DNA from: Octopus vulgaris
Lineage: Eukaryota
Direction: 5' to 3'
DNA length: 64,000 nt
Assembly: GCA_951406725.2 (NCBI GenBank)
Contig: OX597823.1
Span: 47,430,001-47,494,000 of the forward strand
Part shown: positions 12,671 to 26,238 of the stretch, piece after piece
Layout: the number at the start of each line of letters is the position of its first letter
Position numbering within the stretch: position 1 is the first letter of the stretch
Notes under the pieces: model-generated
Seen by the model: the letters and a program-made list of their open reading frames with translations, nothing else
Told to the model about the DNA's origin: nothing
The model's database searches: none
Made by a program: the position numbers and the translations under genes

Positions 12671-12926
12671 TTATGTATAGGTACATATATGCATGAAGGA
12701 AAGTGTTTGTCTTTACATGGTTAGAACTGAACCCACATCACTGCCTTCCATAGGAAATTATGTAAGAGGTTACAGAAATTTGTTTTATCATAATTCATTA
12801 ATTAATTATCTCTCCAATCATTGCTCATAAAGCTAGACATATTTATTGCAGAAATAGAATAGAGAAACACACATAGAGATACGGTTTCGCACACACATAC
12901 GCCACACACACGAACACACGTACACG

Positions 12927-12958
<32 letters not shown>

Positions 12959-13779
12959 CTACATACACACCACACGAATACACACACACACACGCGAAAT
13001 TACTCCTGGTTTGTTTCTTTTTCTTGCTTAACTTCCTTCAGACTTGACTTGTCTAAAATATCAATTACAGGAAAATACTGATTAAAAAAATGAAAAAAGG
13101 AGAAAACTAAAACTAGAACAAAAAAAAAAAATAAAGCAAAAAAAAAAGAAAAACAAACCCATTCTGTTATTTCCTTCGTGTGCGTGCGTGCGCTTGTGTG
13201 TGTGTGCATGCGTGCGCTTGTGTACGTGTGCGTGCGTGTGTGCGTAAGTTTTTCATTGGGTTGTACAGATTCCTACTTTTGTAATTCATATGTATAGCCT
13301 GTAGCTCTTCCTTGCATTTTTAACCTTTTAAAACATAGTTTTCAGCTGCAAGCTGATGTTATTACTCTCTAACATTGATACCAGTCAAAGTTGAGGAAAA
13401 AAAAAAAAAAATTAATAAAGAAAACAAACAAGCAAACAAGAAATAAATGCTAATATAAAAATTTAAAGAAAAAAAAAACATACACATAAATATTTTTATG
13501 TTGATTTTTCTTTTATTTTTCTCTTTTTTTTCTTCCCTCCTTCCTCTCTGTACTCTCCTTCTATTTATCTATTTATCTTTCTCTCTCTCTTTCTGTTTCA
13601 CTTCAGTTTGCTTACCTTTGTTGTAAGTTTATATTATATAGATAAAAAAAAAAAAACTAATAAATTTTTCCAAAACCTGTTGATTTTACCTTTTAACAAT
13701 AGTTGTGCGGATGTACCTATCTCCTCTTTTAAAGTATCATAGAAACGGCACTCTTGTCTATTCTTCCTCCACATTACAG

Positions 13780-13806
13780 GGGTTCTTCAAAAATCCAAAG
13801 ATAAAG
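13780..13806 (+). CDS. Candidate 27-nt microexon (phase 1-1: x-VLQKSKDK-x; phase 0: GFFKNPKIK)
   Basis: Acceptor tcttgtctattcttcctccacattaCAG| and donor aag|GTAAGA; length is a multiple of 3; no homology recognised. Confidence 0.4.
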
Positions 13807-13980
13807 GTAAGAACAGATTATGTAGAATATTGGGATTCTCAACCAAAAGATTATGAATTCATTTGCCAATCCATGGAACCCAGCGTATTTAATTGAATCA
13901 CTTTCTATGGCATTTAACTATCAAGATTTTGTGGAAAAGAAATATTTGTTAAATATCCATTACGTATTTGTTTTCGTGAA

Positions 13981-14298
13981 GGCACGTGGCTTAGTGGTTA
14001 GGGCATTTGGCTCACGATTGTAAGGTTGTGAGTTCGATTCCCAGTGACGCGTTGTGTCCTTGAGCAAGACACTTTATTTCACGTTGCTCCAGTCCACTCA
14101 GCTAGCGAAAATGATTAGTACCTGTATTTCAAAGGGCCGGCCTTGTCACACTCTGTGTCACGCTGAATCTCCCTGAACACTACGATAGGGGTACGCGTGT
14201 CTGTGGATTGCTCAGTCACTTGCATGCTAATTTCATGGGCAGGCTGTTCCATTGATCGTATCAGCTGGGACCCTTGTCATTGTAACCAACGGAGTGCT
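13981..14298 (+). mobile_element. tRNA-derived SINE family C (CORE-like centre), full length
   Basis: tggcttagtgg A box, agttcgattcc B box, gtgtccttgagcaagacactttatttc CORE-like block, tail ...gtaaccaacggagtgc. Confidence 0.85.
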
Positions 14299-14467
14299 CC
14301 TATATTTGTTTTCAGTAACAAAATCTTATTTATAGAAATATGGAAACATTTCTATGAATCTGGTATCAGGTATTCTACTAATATTTTAGCAGGATTAACA
14401 CTATTGTGAAAGGAGAGGATGGAAGAGGTGTAAGAGAGAAAGAGGGCAAAGTACCAGGAGTTGGTAA

Positions 14468-14632
14468 CAGTCTATTGCATGAAGGGTTAGATAGCTTGGT
14501 GCATGCTACAGGACATGAGCAGTTGAGGGTTAACAAGTTGTTCCCATAGCAGTCTATTGCATGAAGGGTTAGATAGCTTGGTGCATGCTACAGGACATGA
14601 GCAGTTGAGGGTTATCAGGTTGTTCCCATAGC
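14468..14632. repeat. 82-bp tandem duplication, 2 near-identical copies
   Basis: cagtctattgcatgaagggttagatagcttggtgcatgctacaggacatgagc... starts at 14468 and 14550. Confidence 0.95.
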
Positions 14633-15099
14633 AATTCCTATAAAATCCCTGTGGAGATGCATAACCTAGTGGTGTCAAACTCATGACTGTGATATTGTGG
14701 TTTCAATTTGTGGACTGGGCAATGCATTGCATTTCTGAGGAAAACACTTTATTTGATGATACTCTAATCCACTCAGCTGGCAAAAAAGAGTAATCCTGCA
14801 ATGGACAGGCATCCCATCCTGCAGGGATTATATGCATCACAGAACCTGGGGAACTGACCCTATGAGTTTATATGATTCATGAAAGGCTTTTGTCCTATCT
14901 GTAAAACCCTGGATGTTACCAATGTGAGTAAGAACAGAATGATCCAAAAGAACATTGAAGACATCTACACTGGCTCTGGTTAAAAGAAAAAGGTGACCAG
15001 GTCAAGATTTGGTCAACCTCAGTATGGCTGTTTGCAAACCCCCATTACACCCACTAACTAAGATACATCTTATTATGGCATCTTTTATCTCTATCTTTT

Positions 15100-15570
15100 A
15101 CCTTTTACTTGTTTCAGTCATTAGACTGCGGCTATGCTGGGGCACCGCCTTGAAGAATGTTTAGTTGAACGAATTAGCCCCCGTACTTATTTTGTTTTTC
15201 AAGCCTGGTACTTATTCTATCGGTCTCTTTTGCCAAACCACTAAGTTACAGGAACATAAACATCGAAGAATGTTTTGTTGAAAAAATTAACCCCTGTACT
15301 TATTTTGTCTTTAAAGCCTGGTACTTATTCTATCAGTCTCTTTTGCCAAACCACTAAGTTACAGGAACATAAACACACCAACACCAGTTATCAAGTGGTG
15401 ATGGGGGTACAAATACAGAAACACACACACACGGACATATAACAGGCTCCTTTCATTTTCTGCGAACCAAATCCACTCACAAGGCTTTGGTTGGTCTGAG
15501 GCCATAATAGAAGACAGAACTCTGGGACCATGTGGTTGGAGAGCACGCTTCTTACCACACAGCCATGCCT
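15100..15570 (-). mobile_element. SINE family A with internal ~112-bp tandem duplication
   Basis: gaagaatgtt...ccactaagttacaggaacataaaca present twice (15153-15264, 15265-15376). Confidence 0.85.
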
Positions 15571-16063
15571 AAATAACACAGTTGATCCTCTTAAATGAAG
15601 ATTAGTTTGTAATTTTGGCAAGAAAGTGTAATTGAACTGTGTGGTGGTACTATTATACATTGTTTTTACCTTGTTTTATTTAAAATACAGAACCATTAAC
15701 TTATGTTTTATGAAGTTTTGAAACAAATATAGAGCTGTTTCATAACTGTGTGTCTAATAGGAACCATTTTATTTTGAGCTTCTGCAAATAAAAATAAAAC
15801 AGTGAACTTTTTTTTCTTTTTTGTGTGCGTGCGTGTGTGTATGCCTAGGGTGGTTTTTATTTATATTTACATTCATTTATAGTAAATGTAAATATTTTCT
15901 CTATTGTTTTGGTTAAATTTACATGATTTTCAGAACAAATATGTAAACAGACGTAATCATTCATCCCCCTCTTACATCATCCTAATTTCCCCTCTTGCAA
16001 TATAATCTCGCTATTGATTATTTATTGCTTTGTATTAGTACATATTGAAGTCTTGTGTGGTCT

Positions 16064-16828
16064 AGTGGTTAGGGTGTAGCACTAACGATCACTAAGATCG
16101 TGGGTTCGTTTCCTAGATCGAGCAGCGTGTTGTATTTTTGAGCAAAAGAATAAAAATAACATTTCACCCCGCTCCAGTCCACAGCAGCTGTAAATGGATG
16201 GGGATTTTTTTTTTACTCTTTTCTTGATAATGCTTTGCTTTAGGCTTTTCCTCAAGTGGTTAGGGTGTAGCACTAATGATCGCTAAGATCGTGGGTTCGT
16301 TTCCTAGACCGAGCAACGTGTTGTATTTTTGAGCAAAAGAATAAAAATAACACTTCACCCTGCTCCAGTTCACAGCAGCTGTAAATGGATGGGGATTTTT
16401 TTTTTACTCTTTTCTTGATAATGCTTTGCTTTAGGCTTTTCCTCAAGTGGTTAGGGTGTAGCACTAATGATCGCTAAGATCGTGGGTTCGTTTCCTAGAT
16501 CGAGCAGCATGTTGTATTTTTGAGCAAAAGAATAAAAGTAACATTTCACGTTGCTCCAGTCCACAGCAGCTGTAAATGGATGGGGATTTTTTTTTTTACT
16601 CTTTTCTTGATAATGCTTTGCTTTAGGCTTTTCCTCAAGTGGTTAGGGTGTAGCACTAATGATCGCTAAGATCGTGGGTTCGTTTCCTAGATCGAGCAGC
16701 GTGTTGTATTTTTGAGCAAAAGAATAAAAATAACACTTCACGTTGCTCCAGTCCACAGCAGCTGTAAATGGATGGGGATTTTTTTTTTACTCTTTTCTTG
16801 ATAATGCTTTGCTTTAGGCTTTTCCTCA
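16064..16828 (+). repeat. Tandem array, 4 x 191-192 bp, each unit = SINE C head + flanking DNA
   Basis: Units start at 16064, 16255, 16446, 16638 (agtggttagggtgtagcact...gggttcgtttcc...ggcttttcctca). Confidence 0.95.
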
Positions 16829-16889
16829 AGTTAAAAATATTGTTGATGACTTTGGGCCCCATTTATTTTTTTTTGTCTCTCTCTCTTTA

Positions 16890-17190
16890 ACTCTTTTACT
16901 TGTTTCAGTCATTTGACTGTGGCCATGCTGGAGCACTGCCTTTAGTCAAGCAAATCGACCCCAGGACTTATTCTTGTAAGCCTAGTACTTATTCTGTCGG
17001 GCCCTTTTGCCGAACCACTAAGTTACAGGGATGTAAACACACCACCATCGGTTGTCAAGCGACGTTGGGGGAACAAACACAGACACACAAACGCACGCAC
17101 ACACACACACATATACATACATACGACGGGCTTCTTTCAGTTTCCATCTACCAAATCCACTCACAAGGCTTTGGTCGGCCCGAGGCTATG
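16890..17190 (-). mobile_element. SINE family A, 5'-truncated, low divergence
   Basis: tcttttacttgtttcagtcatttgactgtggccatgctggagcac...ccaaatccactcacaaggctttggtcggcccgaggctat. Confidence 0.9.
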
Positions 17191-18286
17191 GTCTGTTAAA
17201 TTTCATTTAATCTTTCTTCTATAAACTATCAAAATATTGTCTGTGGGTGGACAGAGTTGAGGAAATACATTTATGAAAAGTATATGTATTTAACAACCTT
17301 CATCTTCAATGAAGGCAATTGCATGGATAAAAAAAAATCTATGAAAACAAATTACGTATTGGACAGTCTTAGCTTCTAGACTAACTTAAGCTTTCCTGGA
17401 TAGTTCTATAAAAGCTTGCAATATTCTTCTGAATAGAAGCTTGTTAAGTTCCTTGTTTTCTATGTGCATTTATTCTGCTCTTTTCTTCACTGTCATCACT
17501 TGCCAATTGTTATATGTTCTTTGTGCAAGTATAAATGCTTTAAACATTGGAACAAAGATTAAAAGAAGTTCTGGGATTGTGAATCTCGTGGCGTGACTCG
17601 GTATAGCATGTTCTGTTGATGATATTATGTACCTGTTGATTACAGGTTGGAGTTATTACAATTACAGCTTTGACCATTGGTCAATCTCAATCAAATGCGA
17701 AGCAAAATACTATAAAAGTGTTTACCGTTCTGCTTTGAAATATTATTCTGTTGCATGTTTGCATACAATCTCCTGTTGCACTGACACTACATCAATGTGG
17801 ACCAATTCCATTTATCTCTGCTATTAATACATCTCCACTCTTCTCAGCTATTATATTTTAATCATTTATCTTGTTTATCTGACTTTTCTGGCATTCTATG
17901 AGGCTATTTCTCAAACTAACATTAAATTTCTTCAATTATTTCTTCTAAATTTGGAAAGGACCACATATTTACTTAAGCACATGTGTCAGTGTGTGTGTAT
18001 ATGCAAAGTTCACAAATCTTCATAACTGAATAATTAATATGTAGCAAGTGCTGTGTCAACTATTGTCTCAAGCCTTGTTTTTCACACTCTTCGAACATTG
18101 TTGCTTATCAGATGGGCACATTTCTCACACAATCTCTTTGACTGGAAAATTAGCAATCAGTCCTTTATTAAAGTTAAATATCTGGTAAACTGCTTCACAT
18201 GAAATTTTTTTATGTATACATGTGGTTTGGGTGGATTTTGCAAATGAGAACATTTGCACATATGTTTTTCAGAATAAGTATTTTAA

Positions 18287-18503
18287 CCGTTTAGCATTTC
18301 AGATTAATCTGTCAAACTTAATGTTTATTCATTCACATTGTTTTGAATTAATCATGCATCATCTTGTGGCTTTGAGATTTCGATAGTGTGATTGTATATT
18401 TTTAGAATGACATTGTAGGGTAGGTGTGAGAGACCAAATCTAACTGTTTTAAACATAAAACAGGTATAACCAGGCTGAACATGGCTGGTTCGATACTAAA
18501 GGG
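18287..18503. mobile_element. piggyBac-like (TTAA) MITE, second family
   Basis: TTAA|ccgtttagcatt ... gatactaaaggg|TTAA; homologous to 54656-54872. Confidence 0.8.
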
Positions 18504-20537
18504 TTAAAACTGTATGTCAGCTCTTCCTTGTATCATACTGTTTTATAAACCTGAAATAGAGTGAGCAACATCGTATTTCTTCCCCACCACATATAGTAAG
18601 GTTAATACTAATTATCTGACATTATCACACCTGCTGTCTATTATCTTTAATATATATCTGCTACTCTTTATGTTTTTGTGTTTGTTATTTTCTCCTAATG
18701 TGTTGATATTTTCTGTATTGTTGGTGCAATTACTTTTTACTAAGCATTTAGCTACAAAATAATAAAAAAAAAATGACATTATTAACCAAGCAGATTTTAA
18801 CTGGCCAAATTGTACAATACAATGACTTCAAAAGAGTTTCAAAGATTTTTTAGAAGTCCAACACCTTAATCTTACATGCATTGCTTTTTATGTGATTATT
18901 ACTCCAAAATTTCAAGCACATCTCTTAATTATTCGCTGCTGACCATTTGATTCTAACATGTAGTAAACATTGTCAAACAATTTTAAAAGCAAAACAACTA
19001 CTTGTTCTGGTTTGTTCTTGAAAATGTTCCATTGTAAAATATTATACTGTGATTTGTCTGGAAACAAGTAAGGTGAAATTTATACCTCAGTATCTTGGAA
19101 GAATGACAGTTAATCATTGGAATATAATAGACATTGTTTGGCAACAACTTCACTAACAGAATGAATATTTGCCAATATATCAAAGGTTCCTATCAGTTCT
19201 TTGCTTTACTTGTGACTTGAAGTGGATCCTCTCCTTTCTTCATTTTCATCAGTCTCTTTTGTCTTATTGTTCATGTACCTGTACATTATCTATGATGGTC
19301 ATGGTGCCTACAAGAAACATGTTACACTCATACAAGTACAAGAATATGAGGGGTTTAGTTCACTGATGACCTAAACCAGTAGGTACACTAAGTGCTATAA
19401 TTGGTCATCTGTTAGACTCCAAGCTCTCAGCTGAGGCTGGAGCCAGGAATCTGTAGTAAGCTTCGAAGTCAGCAGGTACATATCAGAGGAAAAAGGAAAA
19501 TAAAATCAAGGCAGGATAAGTACCTCAGGTTATTTTGAATATTTAATTAGAGTAAGGTGAATTCTAAATGACCTAAAACACTCATGCTACCTTGGTTTTG
19601 TTTTACTTTTTCCTTTGATATATATGTGTGTGTGTGTCTGTATATAAATGTTTATAACTATTTTTCTTAAAAGTCAAAGCAACAAAATTTATAAAAATAA
19701 CAATAGGTTAATAGTTTTACCAGGTATTTCAATATTGCCAGGCTAGGATCCCTTCCTCAGGAAATCTTTGATCACTAACTCCTCTGTCATGTAGTGTCCA
19801 TATAATTTTATATTTATATATGTACACATACAGAACTCAATATGTGAATGTAAAACATGATAATTGAAGGCTCTTTATTCCAGCACTCCTTCTTACATGT
19901 TCCTGATCATTCAGCTCCTAATCTGGTGGTGTGTTTTCCCTTCATATATCTGTTGTTTGAATATATTTTGAAATATATGAAAGCTAAGAAGAAAAGACCT
20001 TTTTTGTTTTGTTTTGGGGTAAATAACCCTTGCAAGTGACACAAACGCAACTGGATATTCCAGACTCATATATTTCTTTTCCCTTTTGGCTTCCAATAGT
20101 CTTAAACTTCATAGAAGCAAAGTCACTCTAATAACTTTCCTTCTAAAATTGCACCTTTTGTTTAAGTAATATATTCAAAACCAATGTGTCTGTGTACACT
20201 TTATGTGCATTTGTGCATAAACATATTATATACACATATGTATATATGTAGACATGCATATACATTCATACACACACCGGTGTATTTTAATATGTATGAT
20301 AAACACTTCAAATCCAACATTTCTTTTTACCTTCTTGAACCAGGAAGAAATTCAAGGAAGCTAGTATTTACATAAAAGATACTTAGCCTTATGCATACAA
20401 GGCACTAATAGCTCTGTTCTTTTGTTCAACCGATATTGCTTTGTACCAAAGTTTTCAATTTTTCTTCCCACACTGGATTTTTGATTTGAAATTTCCATTC
20501 CTGTATGGTTGTGCCTCATATCTACAAGTGATAATTT

Positions 20538-20573
<36 letters not shown>

Positions 20574-20690
20574 TGCATAGGTACCCAACACAATATAAAA
20601 TGTAGGTCTAACCCAGGGTTGGTCCCATGCTACTGAAACAGCTGTAGTAAATTTTAAAGTCCATTTGTGTTATTCTTTTATACCTATATG

Positions 20691-20758
<68 letters not shown>

Positions 20759-20836
20759 GGTGCAGGAGTGGCTGTGTGGTAAGTAGCTTGCTTACCAACC
20801 GCATACACATACATGCATGCTTATATATATATATGC

Positions 20837-20885
<49 letters not shown>

Positions 20886-21311
20886 CAGGCACACATATTT
20901 ATATCAGCAGAGAATTTGCTGAGTAGATAATATAAAAAAAAAACTTTTTAAAAATATAATGGCCTATGAGTTCATATTCTATTTCTGATAATTCTAGGAA
21001 TTGTCTTTTGGTTATATGTTTACTTAGGTATATACTGTTGCAAGAATTCTACACTTACCATTTGCACATTCTGGAACCATATTACATATATCTATACCAG
21101 ACTGCAATGCAGGTTTCTTTGTGTATAGCCTAGAAACAGCGAAGAAGGCTGGGTTGTAATTGAATTTAATTTGAACAAAGTTAATAAATCATTAAACTTG
21201 ATTAACCTCTTTTAAACAAACACATTAACACTAGTTGTAATGATAATTAATCATGATTGGATTATTATTTTGTTAACTGTATGCCATTATATTTTGCATA
21301 ATGGTGACATC

Positions 21312-21955
21312 TTTTATCTTTTACTTGTTTCGGTCATCTGGCTGTGGCCATGCTAGGGCACTGCCTTGAAGAAATTTTAGTTGAATGCATTGACCATTGT
21401 ACAATTTTTTTTTTGTTTCAAGCTTGGTACTTATTCTATCTGTCTCTTTTACCGAACTGCTAAGTTGTTGGGATGTAAGCTCATTAACAGTGGTTGTCAA
21501 GCAGTGGTGGTGAGGGATGAATACAGATACAAAGACACACACACACATACCTATATATATAAAACAGGCTTCCTTCAGTTTCCATCTCCCAAATCCACTC
21601 GTAAGGCTTTGTTGCCCAAGGCTATAGTAGAAAACACTTATCCCAAGGTACCTCACAGTAGGACTGAACTCAGAATCATGTGGTCGAAAAGCAAGCTTCT
21701 TATTTCTTTATTGCCCACAAGGGGCTAAACATAGAGGGGACAAACAAGGACAGACAAAAGGATTAAGTTGATTACATTGACCTCAGTGCATAACTGGTAC
21801 TTAATTTATCGACCCCCCAAAAGGATGAAAGGCAAAGTCCACCTCGGCGGAATTTGAACTCAGAACGTAACAGTAGACGAAATACCGCTAAGCATTTTGC
21901 CCGGCACGCTAACATTTCTGCCAGCTCGCCGCTTCTTACCACACAGCCACACCTG
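21312..21955 (-). mobile_element. SINE family A hosting a nested SINE B
   Basis: A tail from 21312; A head split at gcttctta, resuming at 21931 (ccacacagccacacctg). Confidence 0.85.
21703..21930 (-). mobile_element. SINE family B, long tail, with apparent 8-bp TSD GCTTCTTA
   Basis: gcttctta at 21695-21702 and 21931-21938 flanks a full-length copy. Confidence 0.9.
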
Positions 21956-23002
21956 TGACATTAGCAGTATTTTTGCATAACTCACATATGGGTTCAAAAT
22001 GTGAAAATGTGGAAAACAAAAATATCCTAAGTGTCCCCCCAGCCACATTCAGTTTTGATTATGTATGATAAATTGACTTGTCAAGCAACACTCATACTTA
22101 CTTAATGCATATTTACTAAACAATGCAGATACTTATATTACAATTCAGTTTCAGTTTTACCCATGATGTTCTGGCAAAATGTCCATTTATGCAAATAATG
22201 GAATATTTATGCCAAAACTGCTATTTATTCCCTAAAGATTAACTAAGGTGACCAGTTTTATGATAATCAGGATATATGTATATCTGTTGTGTGTATATTC
22301 GTGCACACACACATGTATGTGTATGTACGTGTGCATATATGTATGGATGTATGTATGTATGTATGTATGCAACATCCTGTGGTTGTATATTTGTTTGTTT
22401 TTGTTTTTTTTTTTCATTCTTTATTTTTGTTTTATCTGTTACCATGAATTGAATGAATCGGTGATGTTAGTTAATGTCAGATGAGTTTTGGGGAATGGAA
22501 CTTCTTTTTTTCTCTCTCTCTCTGTTTGGTTATTTTCCTTGATGTCAGCATGACAAATGAATAATGCCTGCAACATCTGTTATCATACTAGGTTCCAAAT
22601 TTTGAGTATTAAGTTGATAGCAGCAACTTTTGTTAAATCACAAATGAAACAAATCCAACTTTAAAGTGGATACAACAGAGAGTTTCCAAACAGACCCAAA
22701 CTGACTACATGGAAAAACAAAACGACATACCCTGATGCACACACCTCCCCTACAAGGCCAGTCACTGACTGACCCAATGTGCAACATGGTTTTGGTCCAT
22801 CTACAACTTAACTGAAGCATAGTTATTTCAGGATTTTATGCTTGTGTATAGTTTCAAAAAGTTTAACTGATTAGTTTTGTGTTATTAGTGCAATTAAACC
22901 ATGTAACTATACTCAAAGGTCACTAGTGAATTGAACACTTACAGAAGGTTTTCAAAACCCCTATCTATTCAATATGACTTAATAATCTAATATATGTATA
23001 TA

Positions 23003-23514
23003 CTAGCAGTATCGCCCGGCGTTGCTCAGCTTTGTAAGGGAAATAACTATATAAGCATTTTTAGAGAGTTACTTCCCTTATAGATGCCAATTCAGGCTTT
23101 CTTAGCCATTTCTGTTTTGGTGTCTTCAAGCCATGAAGTCGTTGTTCTAAAAGAACGCTGGTCTCCTTGACAACGCTTTACGACGTTGATTTCCTTACAC
23201 TCCCTTCCCCACAGCTTCACGAGGGAGGGAAGAAGGGGAGAAGCAAACAGGTGCAGGTGTGACCATGGACACCAACTCCGCCGCCATCGATACACGAAAA
23301 ATTATGCATTAAAATGGAATAAAAAATGATGTTAAATTATTTTTAAAATCGTAGACTCATCGTAGATGCACGCTAATAGCCAGACGGGCTTGATATGAAT
23401 CACGACTATAAGATACCCGAATTTGGTTAAACTGCACCGCAAAATGTGGGAGGAGTTAGGAATCTAAATCGAAGGGGACAGACACTCACACAACTACAGT
23501 TTTATATATATAGA
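23003..23514 (-). mobile_element. Non-autonomous Helitron
   Basis: Minus strand begins A|TCtatatatataaaac and ends gagcaacgccgggcgatactgCTAG|T (GC-rich subterminal hairpin plus CTAG); CpG-rich relative to flanks. Confidence 0.85.
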
Positions 23515-24440
23515 TATATCCAAACCATATCTAAAATAGATCAAACTAAGACAAACAAAATATGTTTCCCTAAAAATCTGCCCAATCATTTTGTATGGAT
23601 TCACAATAGGACAACTTCTAATTCAAGTCAAAACAAAAAAATATACCAACCAAAAGCTAAAAACAAAACTACCCTTAAAATTTATAACTTAATTCTATAC
23701 ATCCCCAAATATGTAAAATAAAAAAAAAAAAAGGACACACACACACGACAATAGTAGATATTGCAAACTAACAATACAAAAGCAATCTTTCATACATTTT
23801 TGCTGTAAGATTGTGGTAAGTGTATATGTGAGAGCAAGTGGTTTTGATACTTTCTGAAATTTCTTAATAGTTTCTATTTTTTTTTTAGAAAGTAAGGACA
23901 ATGTTTTAATGGTAAACATCATTTTCATGTTTAATTTTTGTCGATTGTCACGCTTAGAATAAGAAGGGGAAATTTTCAAACTTATGTGGTGTATGAGTGA
24001 CTGCTATTTTTATCTTTAAATAGAAGTTGGTTGAAATTATTCTGCATGTAAAAGTTGTAATCTTTGTTACAGGTACAGAATCAATTTTCCAGAACTTTTG
24101 GTTCCAAAGCCTTTCTTGACTTCAGATTTATTTGAACTAGAGGTGGTCACAATCTAAATTAAACAAATATCAAATTTACTTGGTGCTCCAGCATAGTCAC
24201 ATTCAAATGACTGAAATAAGTAAAAGAATCAATTAAATGCAATTCAGATACCTCATGCTGTACTAAGCTTGGTACCAGTAAGCTAGTCTGGCAGCCACAG
24301 GAATTTGAAGATTCTGCTCGTAAATTAGTGCAAATTATAAGTGGTTCCAGATCTCCAGTGTCTAGAATGTCAGTGTTGTACCTGTAGAAGCATTTATATG
24401 GAGTTTATGTATAAGCATTCACATGGAATTTATGTATATA

Positions 24441-24667
24441 TTTCTTTACTGCCCACAAGGGGCTAAACATAGAGGAGACAAACAAGGACAGACAAGCGGA
24501 TTAAGTTGATTACATCAACCCCAGTGCAAAACTGGTACTTTATCAACCCCAAAAGGGTGAAAGGCAAAATCAACTTAGGCGGAATTTGAACTCAGAATGT
24601 AACGACAGACGAAATACCGCTAAGCATTTCGCCCGGCGTGCTAACGTTTCTGCCAGCTCACCGCCTT
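24441..24667 (-). mobile_element. SINE family B, long tail, inserted in a ~25-bp minisatellite
   Basis: Full copy flanked by attcacatg(g/c)aatttatgtata on both sides. Confidence 0.85.
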
Positions 24668-25491
24668 ATTCACATGCAATTTATGTATAGCCTTCATATG
24701 GAATTTGTAGGTGAACAATTTTGTCTATAATCAGACTGAATACTCATTTGGAATTAGAATACATACCCTAAAATATACAATTAGAAATAGGCAATATACC
24801 TAAGCATCAAATGTCCCAAACTCCTTATTGATTTACTTAATTCTGTTTTCAAAAATTCTCAGAATTTTACTAATTTATCTCAAACATTTTTTTCCATAGC
24901 TTGAAATTTTGCTACCTAACAAATCAGTATTCATTGAATTAATTATCAATAGCTTCTAGACATATACACTATTTATTACTATTATTATTATTATTATTAT
25001 TATCATTTGTTTCTTTCCATAAATTTTTGAAATGTCAAAAGTAAGTCATCAATCTTGAAGTAAAAATCCTAGTCTGACAGTTTTGTATTTGCTAACAAGA
25101 AAGGGAGAATAACTTCTTTTTAGCTTGAAATTTACATTGTAAATTCATTAGATATCCCACTAACTGAGGACATTAGATATTCTTGTTTCCAAAAACTTAA
25201 ACCAACAAGCAAGAAACCTATTCATATTTTACTAAACAATATTTTCTGACTTTTAGTTTCTGAGAAGTTTAGTTCTACTAAAACAACTCCATTAATATAG
25301 AAGAGACATAGTTAGATTCCATATAAATATATTGCTAATCTATAGGCCATTGTTCTTTTTTTATTATTATTATTTGTGTTTGTATACAGCATTTTCAAAC
25401 TTACAAAAAAATAAAGTAGGTTTTTTTTACTAAAACCATGAAGGCTGCAAAGATAGAATCCATTACATATCTATCTTCAGTATATATATAC

Positions 25492-25538
<47 letters not shown>

Positions 25539-26238
25539 ATACACGTGCAGACACACAGAGAAAACAAAAATGAAATATGACCTTATGCATTATTTGTTAT
25601 TTTACCTTTTACAAAAATGAAAGTTTGCTTGTAATGTTGTGGATAAGAAGTGGAAATGAATAAGAATTAAATGAACAAATGTTGTGGGTTAGTTATTTGA
25701 TAGTATCCAGGAAAAAAAAGGTAAGAAAAGGCAAAACTGAGGAATTGGTAACAAAAAAGGGCTAATTAAGACACTAGGGATTAGAATTGTAAAGTGTATG
25801 AAGTGATAAGCATTTCTATGATTAGTGCTGTGGCTCCACAATAATATGTATGTTGGAAGAATACATGATACTTGCTTTGAACACTGTGAAGAACTGTTTA
25901 GTTTCCTTAGGGCATGATCGTTCATGTATCATTGAAAGCTTTCATCCTTACATAATGAATCCCAAAATGATTGACAGTAGAAAAATGAAATTTTATTGTA
26001 TGTATATATATATTTTTCACCCTTCATTGTTACTCATAACCATATTCATCCCAGTAAATGACCCCAGCAATTTGTCTTGGCTACACGCGGGTGGGAAGGG
26101 ACTGGTGACATAAGCTTTCATTCATACTTTGAATTTGGTGATACTAGCTGTGGCTTCTAGCTCGCTCTGATACTGAGTTGAGTTGGTGCCTTCTAGTATC
26201 TCAAAATTCAATATTCAATCATTCATGATTGTTTGTAT

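Noticed and set aside
13000-13080. Minus-strand exon YFPVIDILDKSSLKEVKQEKETNQ
   Set aside because: The pyrimidine tract is the complement of an A-rich low-complexity run, the donor is weak, and no other minus-strand exon supports it
13981-14050. tRNA genes (also 12099, 42287, 48046)
   Set aside because: A and B boxes are present but there is no closed acceptor stem, and each runs into a multi-copy SINE body
16064-16828. Repeated 63-aa ORFs, or a CRISPR-like array
   Set aside because: Units are contiguous 191-bp tandem copies with no unique spacers; the ORFs are antisense readings of a SINE head
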